A stretch of DNA of 62,998 nucleotides, filler included, from Octopus bimaculoides (lineage: Eukaryota): the NCBI RefSeq assembly GCF_001194135.2. It is 6 parts of 5 records of this genome, joined end to end, with 100 filler letters (N's around TTAATTAATTAA, not from the genome) between each part and the next. Parts side by side here need not be neighbours in the genome. Positions count along the whole stretch, not along the records: positions 25,979 to 39,987 come from NC_068987.1; 5 more parts are not named here. One strand, given 5' to 3'. The notes below the pieces were generated by a model. The model was not told the origin of the DNA. It ran no database searches and worked only from the letters and a program-made list of their open reading frames with translations. Every line of letters begins with the position of its first letter. The first letter of the stretch is position 1. Positions 25,935-37,670 of this stretch are shown here, one piece after another. The position numbers were made by a program, and so were the translations under genes.

Positions 25935-26309
25935 NNNNNNNNNNNNNNNNNNNNNNNNNNNNNNNNNNNNNNNNNNNNATATATATATATATAATACAAA
26001 GAATATATATACATGTATACACACATATATGTACATACTTACATCTACATGTGTATATATATGCATATCAGGGTACAGGACGTTAGAACAATAAACTACA
26101 GACAACGGAACGAACACATAGGAAAACGGAAAGGACAGAAGGGTATAGAAGGGTATAGCAGTGAAGTAGAGGCCAGGACAAAAGGATAGATAGAAAGATA
26201 GGGGAAGACAGATAGATAAACAGATAGAGAGGATGGTGGAGGGAGGAAGTGGAACAAGGAGGGAGGGACATATGTATATATATATATACATATACATATA
26301 TATACATAT

Positions 26310-26528
26310 GTGTGTGTATGTTTTTGTGTCTGTGTTTGTCACCCCACCATCGCTTGACAACCGATGTTGGTGTATTTACTTCCCCGTAATCTAGCGGTTC
26401 GGCAAAAGAGATTGATAAAATAAGTACTAGGCTTACAAAAATAAGTCTTGGGGTCGATTTGTTCTACTAAAGGCGCTGTTGAAGCATGGCCGCAATCAAT
26501 TGACTAAAACAAGTAAAAGAATAAAAGA
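26310..26528 (+). mobile_element. SINE family A 3' half
   Basis: CATCGCTTGACAACCGATGTTGG...GCGGTTCGGCAAAAG...AGCATGGCCGCAATCAA. Confidence 0.85.
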
Positions 26529-27282
26529 ATATATATATTTATCGATACATACATACATTCACGTCTGTCTCTTTCTTTCTCTCTCCCTCTCTCTCTCTAT
26601 ATATATATACATATGTGTATATGTACATGAAATATGTCTGTGTGTGTGTGTGTGTGTGTGTATTTGTGTCTTACATTATATATAAGTACTGTAAGCCAAA
26701 GTTGTGATTAATCAATATTGATTGTGTGTTAGTATTTTGTATTTTTGCTCAGAAAAGATTGGATTAAAACTTACTTCTATCTGGTTTGAAGACTCTAAGT
26801 CGTCGCTGTGAGCTATATAATTAGATTTGTAGTAGAACAGTTAAGACACTGGGACAAGCTGGCTTCCTTCTACATCATCATCATCATCTGCTCCGTGGTG
26901 TGCGTGAGTGTATGTGTTTGTGTGTGGTGGGGGAGAGGAGATGCGTGTGTGTGTATATATATATATATATGTAGTTTGATCATTACATTCTTTAACTCTC
27001 GCCCTGACTCGCTCTCTCTGTTTCTCTTTTCCTCCCACTTTCTCCTCTTTCACTGAATATACACAATATACAATCATAGCCAAAACGCACTCACATAAGC
27101 ATTCACCCATATACGCAAATATATATGTATATGTGTGTGTGAGTGTGCGTGTGTGTGTGTGCGTGTGTGTTTGTACGTGCGCGTATACATATAACGCAAA
27201 TATCTTTATATATATGTATATATATATACATATATATATGCATATGTATGTATTTATGCATGTATGTACGTACGTACGTATA

Positions 27283-27297
27283 GATAGATAGATAAAT

Positions 27298-27362
<65 letters not shown>
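27283..27362. repeat. (GATA)n tetranucleotide repeat
   Basis: Direct reading. Confidence 0.95.
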
Positions 27363-27571
27363 TGCCTATCCTCTTTCTTTTACTTCTCTATAAACTCACC
27401 TACTCACACTTACACATATATATGTATATATATATGCATGCATTTATATCCATATACACACTCGGTAACAAGACGCATGCGTTCCTCACAGTATGTGTGT
27501 TTGTGAATATATAAATTTATATATAGATATATAAACATACATGCACACATGCATACATATATATATATATA

Positions 27572-27620
<49 letters not shown>

Positions 27621-28604
27621 ATGTAGTTATGTATGTAGTTATGTATGTATGTATACACACACACAAAATTAATCTAGTTAGCCTGCAGTTTATAATTACT
27701 AAACTATGGATACGAAGCAGATGTAAACACAACTTGTTATTCTCTTTGCCTAAAAAAGAAATGAGATTATCCTAGCAACCCTCATCCTTCTGCCTTGAAC
27801 GATATCTTGGTAATAATTACTATATAAATCAGTCACAAACTAGAAACCAGATGAAAAGGCTAACCTAATATGTATATCATGCATTAGTCAACAACATGAT
27901 TAAAGACTAAATAAATATTTTATGCATAAACATAAGTGTATTTGAAAATAGCAAATAAATTGAATGTAGTTAGCCTACACTTCATAATGATCGAGCTGCG
28001 GAAAGTAAACAAACGTAAATGCTTCTTGTTATCCTCGTACACAGAAAAAAATATACGTACTCGGTAACATGCCATATATATGCATCATAAGGTATATCAT
28101 AAAAGCCTTAACGAGACATTTTTCTCTAGAAATGCTCGAATAATATCCATTTGTTATGAATTTTTAGGGGTTACTAAACAGTTAAAAAGTGAATGGAAAT
28201 ATCCAATCATTGCTTTGATATTATAAAAATATGTGTGATATAACTTCGCAATAAGTGTTCTGCTACAGAACGTTTCGAGAACTAAATCTCTCATCAGGCG
28301 GTATGTAAAAGACAGGCTCGCTCTGAGGCAAACAATATATATATTTTCAAGTGACATTTGTTTAACAATTGATCAGAAATCCTGTGCTGCGAAAGAAACA
28401 ATTGCATCGTCATTTTGACAATTACATGTCATTTTGACATTTAAAAATACATCGAAAACACTGTTATATTGTATTGTTATATTTCAGGATGGTTATTTTT
28501 TCCTTTTTTCTTTCTTTCTTTTTTTCTTTTTTTTTTCTTGTCAAATAAACTCAAGCACAATATATCCGTTCTTCATTGCAGCCTTATTATTAATTTTATT
28601 TAAA

Positions 28605-28816
28605 AAGCGGTGAGTTGGCAGAATCGTTAGCGCGCCGTGAAAATGCTTAGCGGTATTTCATCCGACTTAACGTTCTGAGTTCAAATCCTCCGAGGTTGAC
28701 TTTGCCTTTCATCCTTTCGGGGTCGATAAAATAAGTACCAGTTGATCACTAGGGTCGATGTAATTGACTAGTCCCATCCCCATTAAATTTCAGGCTTTGT
28801 ACCTACAGTAGAAAGG
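28605..28816 (+). mobile_element. SINE family B, full length
   Basis: AAGCGGTGAGTTGGCAGAATCGTTAGC...TTCTGAGTTCAAATCC...GGGGTCGATAAAATAAGTACCAG. Confidence 0.9.
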
Positions 28817-29004
28817 TCAATTATTCTCATTTTCGTGTCTTTTGTCTTAAATCTTTCGTCACACATCCTGTGACCTCTTTAATACCTCTCCCTCCCATAT
28901 GTCTCTCCCTGTCCTGTTTAGCCCATTCTGGCTTTGAAAACCAGAATATAACGCGTGTATTGATTTGGAAAAAAGAAAAAAGATTACCCTCCTGAAATAT
29001 TGTT

Positions 29005-29321
29005 GGCACTCCGTCGCTTACGACGTCGAGGGTTCCAGTTGATCCGATCAACGGAACAGCCTACTCGTGAAATAAACGTGCAAGTGGCTGAGTACTCCAC
29101 AGACACGTGTACCCTTAACGTAGTTCTCGGGGATATTCAGCGTGACACAGTGTGATAAGGCTGACCCTTTGAATTACAGGCACAACAGAAACAGGAAGTA
29201 AGAGTGAGAGAAAGTTGTGGTGAAAGAGTACAGCAGGGTTCGCCACCATCCCCTGCCGGAGCCAAGTGGAGCTTTAGGTGTTTTCGCTCAATAAACACTC
29301 ACAACGCCTGGTCTGGGAATC
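29005..29321 (-). mobile_element. SINE family C (tRNA-like head lost in the gap)
   Basis: Colinear with 56783-57160 over ~315 bp. Confidence 0.85.
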
Positions 29322-29539
29322 NNNNNNNNNNNNNNNNNNNNNNNNNNNNNNNNNNNNNNNNNNNNNNNNNNNNNNNNNNNNNNNNNNNNNNNNNNNNNNN
29401 NNNNNNNNNNNNNNNNNNNNNNNNNNNNNNNNNNNNNNNNNNNNNNNNNNNNNNNNNNNNNNNNNNNNNNNNNNNNNNNNNNNNNNNNNNNNNNNNNNNN
29501 NNNNNNNNNNNNNNNNNNNNNNNNNNNNNNNNNNNNNNC

Positions 29540-29670
29540 ACATGGCTCTGGATTCAGTTCCACTGCGTGGTGTGGAACTGGAACTTTCAGCATATGTCTT
29601 TTATTATAACCTCGAACCGACCAAAGTCTTGTGAGTGGATTTGGTCAACGGAGTCTGCCAGCTCACCGCC

Positions 29671-29754
<84 letters not shown>

Positions 29755-29970
29755 CCCTGATGAAATAATACCCTGACGAAATCGGTCTATGTGGTAAGAA
29801 GTTTGCTTCCCAACCACAAGGTTCCAGGTTCAGCTCCACTGTTCGACACCTAGGGCGAGTACCTTCTAGTATAACCTTGGTCCGACCAAAGCCTTGTGAG
29901 TAGATTTGATAGACGGAAACTGAAAGAAGCCCGTAGTATATGTGCGCGTGGGTGTGATGGTGAGAGAGAG

Positions 29971-30006
<36 letters not shown>

Positions 30007-30090
30007 CGTGTGTGCGTGCGTGCGTGTGTTTTTGTGCCTGCGTTTGTCCCACCACCACTTGACAACTGTTGTTGGTCTGTTAACGTCCTT
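29540..30090 (+). mobile_element. Two SINE family A copies (29540-29650 and 29788-30090) separated by (AAT)n
   Basis: The head motifs CCGACCAAAG(T/C)CTTGTGAGT occur twice. Confidence 0.8.
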
Positions 30091-31081
30091 NNNNNNNNNN
30101 NNNNNNNNNNNNNNNNNNNNNNNNNNNNNNNNNNNNNNNNNNNNNNNNNNNNNNNNNNNNNNNNNNNNNNNNNNNNNNNNNNNNNNNNNNNNNNNNNNNN
30201 NNNNNNNNNNNNNNNNNNNNNNNNNNNNNNNNNNNNNNNNNNNNNNNNNNNNNNNNNNNNNNNNNNNNNNNNNNNNNNNNNNNNNNNNNNNNNNNNNNNN
30301 NNNNNNNNNNNNNNNNNNNNNNNNNNNNNNNNNNNNNNNNNNNNNNNNNNNNNNNNNNNNNNNNNNNNNNNNNNNNNNNNNNNNNNNNNNNNNNNNNNNN
30401 NNNNNNNNNNNNNNNNNNNNNNNNNNNNNNNNNNNNNNNNNNNNNNNNNNNNNNNNNNNNNNNNNNNNNNNNNNNNNNNNNNNNNNNNNNNNNNNNNNNN
30501 NNNNNNNNNNNNNNNNNNNNNNNNNNNNNNNNNNNNNNNNNNNNNNNNNNNNNNNNNNNNNNNNNNNNNNNNNNNNNNNNNNNNNNNNNNNNNNNNNNNN
30601 NNNNNNNNNNNNNNNNNNNNNNNNNNNNNNNNNNNNNNNNNNNNNNNNNNNNNNNNNNNNNNNNNNNNNNNNNNNNNNNNNNNNNNNNNNNNNNNNNNNN
30701 NNNNNNNNNNNNNNNNNNNNNNNNNNNNNNNNNNNNNNNNNNNNNNNNNNNNNNNNNNNNNNNNNNNNNNNNNNNNNNNNNNNNNNNNNNNNNNNNNNNN
30801 NNNNNNNNNNNNNNNNNNNNNNNNNNNNNNNNNNNNNNNNNNNNNNNNNNNNNNNNNNNNNNNNNNNNNNNNNNNNNNNNNNNNNNNNNNNNNNNNNNNN
30901 NNNNNNNNNNNNNNNNNNNNNNNNNNNNNNNNNNNNNNNNNNNNNNNNNNNNNNNNNNNNNNNNNNNNNNNNNNNNNNNNNNNNNNNNNNNNNNNNNNNN
31001 NNNNNNNNNNNNNNNNNNNNNNNNNNNNNNNNNNNNNNNNNNNNNNNNNNNNNNNNNNNNNNNNNNNNNNNNNNNNNNNNN

Positions 31082-31120
<39 letters not shown>

Positions 31121-32312
31121 GCGCATTGTATATATTCATATCCATATTAATACTAACGCGTGTACATATATACATATATGTACATGTAAATATATACACC
31201 CAGATTTGAAATATCCACCAAACAGACGAAGCATATAAAAATATATGTCTGGAAATTAAGTGGCTCAAAGTGTAAGAGCCTGCCATGTAGGACAGAAATG
31301 AACGACGCGAATTAGAACATATCACAAAATGTGTGCTTCTTAGTTGTATAGTACCCTTCCCATTCATCCCATTTTGTCTAGGAGGCAAGGACAGCACTAA
31401 TAAGCCCCTGTTTTTTTGTTTTTTTTTCAGTGCCTCCGTGACTGTTGGAAGAACTTACTTTTAAACAGGAAACTTGGCTCGAACGGTTGCGATAGCTGAA
31501 CTGCACTAAACGTATTGAAAGACGATGTGGTGGAGTTAACGTGATGGCTAATTTAGTTTAATTCTATGGAACGCAGAACGCAAACAGCCGGCGCATTAAC
31601 ACATCCGCTCATTGTGAGCACTGGACTGATTCTTTATTTTATCGGTTCCGAAAGGAAGAGAGGCCAAGGCGCCTTGGGTGTGATTCTCAGAGACCAAAGA
31701 ATTGAAACAAATCCTGCAAGAAATTCTGTTCCACGCTCTAACGACTCTGACAGTTTTCCGCCATATGTGGATCAGAACGTGTGAAAAGAATAGCACCTTC
31801 AGCATTTAGCAAACCAAGAAAAGGAATCTGGAAGGGGCGGGGTATCAATCAACCGCTCGATGTTTGACTCTACGACGCCCTTATTTTCCCACTCGCTTCC
31901 TACACCTCGAAAAAAAAACAGACATTCATACATGAAGATCACTCAGGCCAAAAGCTTTTGAGATGTTGCGATCTGTATTAGGAATATCATTGCGGAACAG
32001 GTGTAGAACTATGTCCATATGAAAAGCCCTTCACATGAAACATACCATTAACGATGTATTAAGAAGGAAGAGATTAAAGTTGTTTAATGGTGTAATAAAA
32101 AGAACGCCCAGTGAATACGTATTGTTGATGCTCCGCATAAATGTCATAAATTTCAACCCATGTGGTAGACGACTTAAAATGCGAGCGTTTCAAGGCTGTT
32201 AATATAACACGAAAGAGCAGAGCATCCAATTGAAGCAGTTCAGAGTGGTCCAGCTAACAGAAGAGAAAGCGAGAGTCTAAACAGAACTGAATCACAACAA
32301 TCAAAATAATAT

Positions 32313-32698
32313 AGGAGTGGTTGTGTGGTAAGTAGCTTGTTTACCAACCATATGGTTCAGGGTTTAGTCATAATGCATGGCGCCTTGGTCAAGTGCCTTC
32401 TACTATATCCTCGGGCCGAGCAAAGCCTTCTGAGTGAATCTAGTAGACGGAAACTGAAAGAAGCCCGTCGTATATATAAATATATTTGTGTGTGTGTGTG
32501 TGTGTGTGTGTCCAACAACGTTTGACATCCGATGCTGGTGTGTTTACGTCCCGTAAACTAGCGGTTCGGCAAAAGACCCTCGATAGAATAAGTTACTAGG
32601 CTTACAAAGAATAAATCCTGAGGTTGATTTTCTCGACTAAAGGCGATGCTCCAGCATGGCCGGGGTCAAATGACTGAAACAAATAAAAGAATAAAAGA
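32313..32698 (+). mobile_element. SINE family A, full-length reference copy
   Basis: tRNA-like head, GACGGAAACTGAAAGAAGCCCGTCG, internal TA/TG repeat, and a tail ending AAAAGAATAAAAG. Confidence 0.9.
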
Positions 32699-33160
32699 AC
32701 ACACACACACACACACACACACATACATATATATATATATTGGTGTGTATGTATATACATAAGCGCTGTATAATAAGTAAGGTCTGTGTGACTGAATAGT
32801 TAAAAACTCCATCGCTTCACAACCACGAGTTACGGACTCGATATACATGCACACATACATTCATGTATGTTTGAATGTATATAGAATGCTATTAAATAAA
32901 CCCCCATTGGATAAAGTTAGAGTACAACATTTATGCACTCTGTTTCTTTACTGACTCTTGTATTCTCTTGTTGAGGGCAGACTTCTGAAAGAATTACTCA
33001 GATTTGATAATCATGGAGGTATTAAAACTGAAATTTTATTTTACTTTGATGTTGCAATAACAAATGGTGTCAGCTGCCCATTTAACTACATAGACGACAT
33101 CTACATCTAATAGACTATTTCTGCCCATTTAACTAAAGGGACTACATCTATTTCTGCTGG

Positions 33161-33377
33161 AAAGTGGGAAGCTGGCATTATCGTTAGCTCGCGAGGCCAA
33201 ATGCTTAGCGCCGTCTCTTGCATCTTTAAGTTCTGAGTTCAAATTCCACCGAGGTCGACTTTGCCTTTCATCCTTTCAAGGTGGACAAAATAAATACCAT
33301 TTGAGCACTGAAATCGATGTAACCGACTTACCCACTCCACCGAATTTGCTGGCCTTGTGCCAAAAATTCAAACCAAT
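33161..33377 (+). mobile_element. SINE family B
   Basis: GCTGGCATTATCGTTAGC...GAGGTCGACTTTGCCTTTCATCC...GGCCTTGTGCCAAAA. Confidence 0.85.
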
Positions 33378-33393
33378 AGTAAAGAAATTTATA

Positions 33394-33564
33394 TTGGTTT
33401 TACATTTTGGTTCAAGGCTAGTAATTTAGAGATTAGGGATAAGTTGATTACATCAATCCCAGGGCTTAACTGGTGCTTATTTTAACAGCCCCGAGAGGAT
33501 GAAAAGCAAAGTCAACCTCGGCGGAACTTGAACTCGCGTGCTAACGATTCTGCCAGCTTGCCGC
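33394..33564 (-). mobile_element. SINE family B, internally deleted
   Basis: GGATGAAAAGCAAAGTCAACCTCGGCGG and CTAACGATTCTGCCAGC are reverse complements of family B. Confidence 0.85.
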
Positions 33565-33899
33565 TTTGCTACAAAATTCTATATCAAAGTGTAATCTATC
33601 TAGTCAACATTCATTGGTTCACAGATATCGTCATTGCTCTGTCAAATACAGGAGCAATACTAAAATCACAACATAGAAATGGAAAATATGCTTTCTATAT
33701 TTCAGAAAACCATTATTTGACTACAGCATGGCTAAAACATATTTGACAACAGTATGGTTGAAAAAAGATATAGTTCTCACAATTGGAAATATCCACGATA
33801 ATTGGAAAATCTAACTCGAACTTCTTAATTACGCATTTCGTAATTTACAACATCGTCTATGTCGGTAAACAGAAAGTGGATTATCGATTATAATGAATC

Positions 33900-34152
33900 T
33901 TGAAGCCTGTGGGCCCTTTAGACTTGTGTTTATCCTGGTTTTCGTGATATTCAAGTGACTGGGTGTTGGACGGCAATCTTAGTAAATCGGATGTCATTTT
34001 GTGGCAGGGTTAATCTGTAGCTGGCAATGGATGTTTCTCAGTTGAGTAAAATGAACCAACGTGAGATGAAGTGTTTCGCCCAAGGATACATCGATTCGCC
34101 CAGACTGCGACTTGAACTCAATGACTTAACGTTACAAAGCCCAGTAGCCGCA
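33900..34152 (-). mobile_element. Old tRNA-derived SINE
   Basis: The reverse complement reads GAGTTCAAGTCGCAGTCTGGG...CCTTGGGCGAAACACTTCATCTCAC. Confidence 0.5.
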
Positions 34153-34719
34153 CGCTTTCTTAGTTATATATGTGAATGAGAGCCTAAAACAAATTTTTCT
34201 GGAGAGTGAGACAAAGTTTCTTATAGAATTATTAGCGTTAAATTGATCAATCATTTCAAGAAACACCTTCTTATTCTGGTCGCGTCTAAATAAATTTGCC
34301 CAGGTGTTATAAAAACTAATCAATCGTACGATGTTGGGAAATTGAAATGAAATTGTCGACATGACATAGCAAATATGAAGATAATACCTTGTATGTCATT
34401 AATCATTTATATGATCAACTTGTCGCAATTAAGCCACACGAAAAAGTGCGATGTGCTTGTCTTCACGGGGAAAATCCAACACTCAATCATGTATTAAATC
34501 GGCTGTTCGTGTTAAAGAAGTCAGACAACTACTTAGCGGCCCAATGGCATCGATTAACGATATTAATAGTATTTCAGCAATTTCTTTGTACTACATAAAA
34601 AAAATAATACCTATAAAACTGCTTGTGGTCAAAATTCAAATTCTTATAATGGATTAAGTCTTCACCAACGACAAATCTTAACCTTCTAGCCGCCTATGAT
34701 CTATGTCTGCGATGGATGA

Positions 34720-35670
34720 TAAGTCTTACTCGTGACCCAGAGCACCTTTTGCTTTCAGAATAGATTTGCTGAATGAGTGTAGGGAGCGATGATGATAATG
34801 GAGGTGACTTGCGAGCGATAGTGTTACGCCTGGGTGATCACTCTTTCTGTGCGGTATTTTTCAAAGTAAGCGATGCCTTCGTAGCAGATCCTTGCCATCG
34901 TATTCGGTTGCTGACTTGCGTTACCCATGTTGTAGGATCGATCTGGCACAACTTCACAGTGGCTTTGAGGATATCTTTGTATCACATATAAAGCCTACCC
35001 TTTGAACAGTGATCTTTGTCCTGCTGGGTGAATAAGATAGCCTTGCCAATACTCACGTCGAAGATAAGCGACATATATCCGGCTCAACGCAACTATGCTC
35101 GTATGATGATGAACTCGATACGATTGTATTGCATTTAACAGAATCTCGCTGTTGGTGATCTTGTCCTCCCATACGCCACAGATCTTCCTGAAGCAGTGCA
35201 TGTGGAACTGTTCCAGCCTCTCCACATGATTATAGTACATAATCCAAGCCTCACAAAACATAAAAGAGAGTGGACAGTACGATGGACTTAATGCTTGGCT
35301 GAACACTACGTTCAGCAATTCTGCAGACATCCAAATTACTCACAGGCCTTAGTGATTTGTGCTGTCAACTCGCCAGCGGTCCTGGGTTTGTGATATCGCG
35401 TGAATGAAGTAGTATAACTTATCCACGGCCTTGAGAGGTAGAGAGTGTATCGGGGAGTAGAGTACCCCCGTCTTCTTTATACTGAGTTTCAGTCCATACT
35501 AGACAAAGTCACCTACGATTCTCTGGGCATCTTCCAGAGTGTAAAGGATCAAGCAGCAGTCGTCTGTATAGATAAGATTCCGCAGCAACACACCCGGTGC
35601 CTTTGCTGACATCCATATAGAATCGGATCATGATGCTACTTTCACATTGCTTGGAGGCATCACCGCGGGT
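34720..35670 (-). mobile_element. RTE-clade LINE, decayed RT/3' portion
   Basis: LIYTDDCCLI (YADD box), YGLKLSIKKTGVL, RLEQFHMHCFRKICGVWEDKITNSEIL, RYKDILKATVKLC. Confidence 0.85.
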
Positions 35671-36191
35671 AACAAAAGAAAGAAAGAAACATAAAAAAGA
35701 AACATGTGTTAAATGGAAGGAGTACTATGAAACAATTCTGCTTTGAGTCATTGATGATAGAAAAGGGGTCATAAATGGAACCCGAAATGGTGCTGATGGT
35801 GATGATTCTATCATATGTAAATGATTTAGAAATAATATTTAATCGATTAAAAGATTATGGCTTAAAGTGTCATAAAGTAAAATTCAATTTTTCTTAAAGT
35901 CAATTATCTTGGTTATACCATTAGCACATTTGGCAAAGATTATCCGGAAAAAATACCGATACTATTTAAAAATTATTGATTTCAAAATATGCCAATGAAG
36001 TCTTAGCATTTGTTTCGAAAGTAAGATATTACACATTCATGAATAAGGTGGCAAACTCTGCAGTACTATTACATAATTTAACGAACGAAATATGCAACAT
36101 AGATGGTCAGACGATTGTCCGACACGCTTTACAATGAAAGTGCTGTTTATCTTGGCATTAGATATATCGCCAGTTGGTGTTGCAGTTATTC

Positions 36192-37042
36192 GGATCTTTT
36201 TGGTTTGACGGGCAACACTTGTTTTCTTAACGAAACACTTTCAAACTTGGGACACTGGTAGAATGTGTCATATAAAACATCTTTTTCTCTTAGCCTTCTT
36301 AACAAAAAATTGTACATCGCAAGTTATTTCATGTTAAAGTTGTATTTCTGTAATTTCAACCAATCACTGACGTCTATTCAGCTGAATACAGTTAGTGCTG
36401 TTCGGTGTCAAGTGTGCTATTCCCTGTTTAATTATATCATTATTTCCTAGTAAGGGTTTAGGGTTTTAGGGTTAGGGTTCGGGTTTTAGGGTTAGGGTTG
36501 GGGTTAGGGTTAGGGTTAGGGTTATGGTTATGAGTTATAGGGTTTTAGGGTTAGGGTTAAGGTTATGAGTGAGGTTATGGCAAAAATAATCATAACCCTA
36601 ACCGTAATCCTAAAACTAACCCTAACTCTAAAACCCGAACCCTAACCCTAACCCTAAAACCCTAAAGCTAAAACCAGTACAAACGCACGAACGATGTCAT
36701 AAATAACAGTGACAAACGAAATATATACCGCTGATAGTTGTTGTTGACAACAGATAGTTTTTGTTGACAAACAACGGCACTAATTCTATTCAAGGGAAAA
36801 GATCCCTTGACACCGTTGTTTACATTCCAAGGCGTAATTGTTTTCACCTCAATAGACGTCAGTGATTGGTTGAAGTTACCAAAATACGACAATTTTTTTA
36901 CATGAAATAACTTCGAATACAAAATTTTTTATCTGTTCTATAACACAAAATATACAAGTATACGAAGTTGAAAGTGTTTCGATACCAAAAACACTACATA
37001 AAACATAAATGAAAAATGTTGCCCGTCAAACCAAAAAGATCC
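36192..37042. mobile_element. 851-bp foldback MITE-like element with a central inverted telomere-like array
   Basis: Perfect 26-bp TIR GGATCTTTTTGGTTTGACGGGCAACA (36192-36217 / 37017-37042). Internal inverted blocks include AAGTTATTTCATG and CAACCAATCACTGACGTCTATT. Confidence 0.85.
36451..36675. repeat. Degenerate (TTAGGG)n followed by (CCCTAA)n
   Basis: G-rich tract 36451-36580 and C-rich tract 36591-36675. Confidence 0.9.
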
Positions 37043-37169
37043 AGTTTTTCTGTTATAGCGTGAAAATGGACTTGACGATATCCAGAAACAGAGAATAATG
37101 AAGGATAATCTGTCTATAATATCAGGGGCGCCTTGGAGAATTTTTAGTCGAATCAATCGACATCAGTAA

Positions 37170-37477
37170 TTATTCTTTGTTGAGCCTGGGACTTATTCTG
37201 TTGGTCTCTCTTGCCGAACTGCTAAATTACGGGAACGCAAACACACCAACACTGGTTTTCAAGCGGTACTAAGAAACAACCACAAATTCAAACACACACA
37301 CGCACACACATATATGCGACGGGCTTCTTTCAGTTTCCGTCTACCAAATTCACTCACAACGCTTTGATCGGCCCGAAGCTATAGCAGAAAACACTTTCCC
37401 AAAGCGCCACGCATTGGGACTGAACCCGGAACCATGTGGTTGGCAAGCAAACTTCTTACCACACAGCCACGCCTGCG
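37170..37477 (-). mobile_element. SINE family A
   Basis: The reverse complement begins GCGCAGGCGTGGCTGTGTGGTAAGAAGTTTGCTTG...GGTTCCGGGTTCAGTCCC. Confidence 0.9.
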
Positions 37478-37551
37478 CTTAATGGACTATTCACCGATCA
37501 CAAGCTGCTAATACACATATTCACACTGAATAAAAATATACCGGATATACT

Positions 37552-37670
37552 GATCGTAAGTTACTAGGCTTACAAAGAATAAGTCCTGGAGTCGATTTCC
37601 TCGACTAAAGGCGGTGATCCAGCATGGCCGCAGTCAAATGACTGAAACAAGTAAAAGAATAAAAAAGTAA
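37552..37670 (+). mobile_element. SINE family A tail
   Basis: CTAGGCTTACAAAGAATAAGTCCTGG...CAGCATGGCCGCAGTCAAATGACTGAAAC. Confidence 0.85.

Noticed and set aside
29755-29792. CTGATGA...GAAATCGGTC hammerhead-like string
   Set aside because: No stem I or stem II complementarity; lies at a SINE/microsatellite junction.
31826-31845. GC box (GGGGCGGGGT) as a promoter
   Set aside because: A single motif with no linked exon or other promoter evidence.
33706-33760. Candidate exon after ctttctatatttcAG
   Set aside because: The sequence is a local ~26-bp tandem duplication with a weak donor.
36451-36675. Ancient chromosome end-to-end fusion site
   Set aside because: The array is enclosed by perfect TIRs and inverted arms, which is better explained as a transposon interior.
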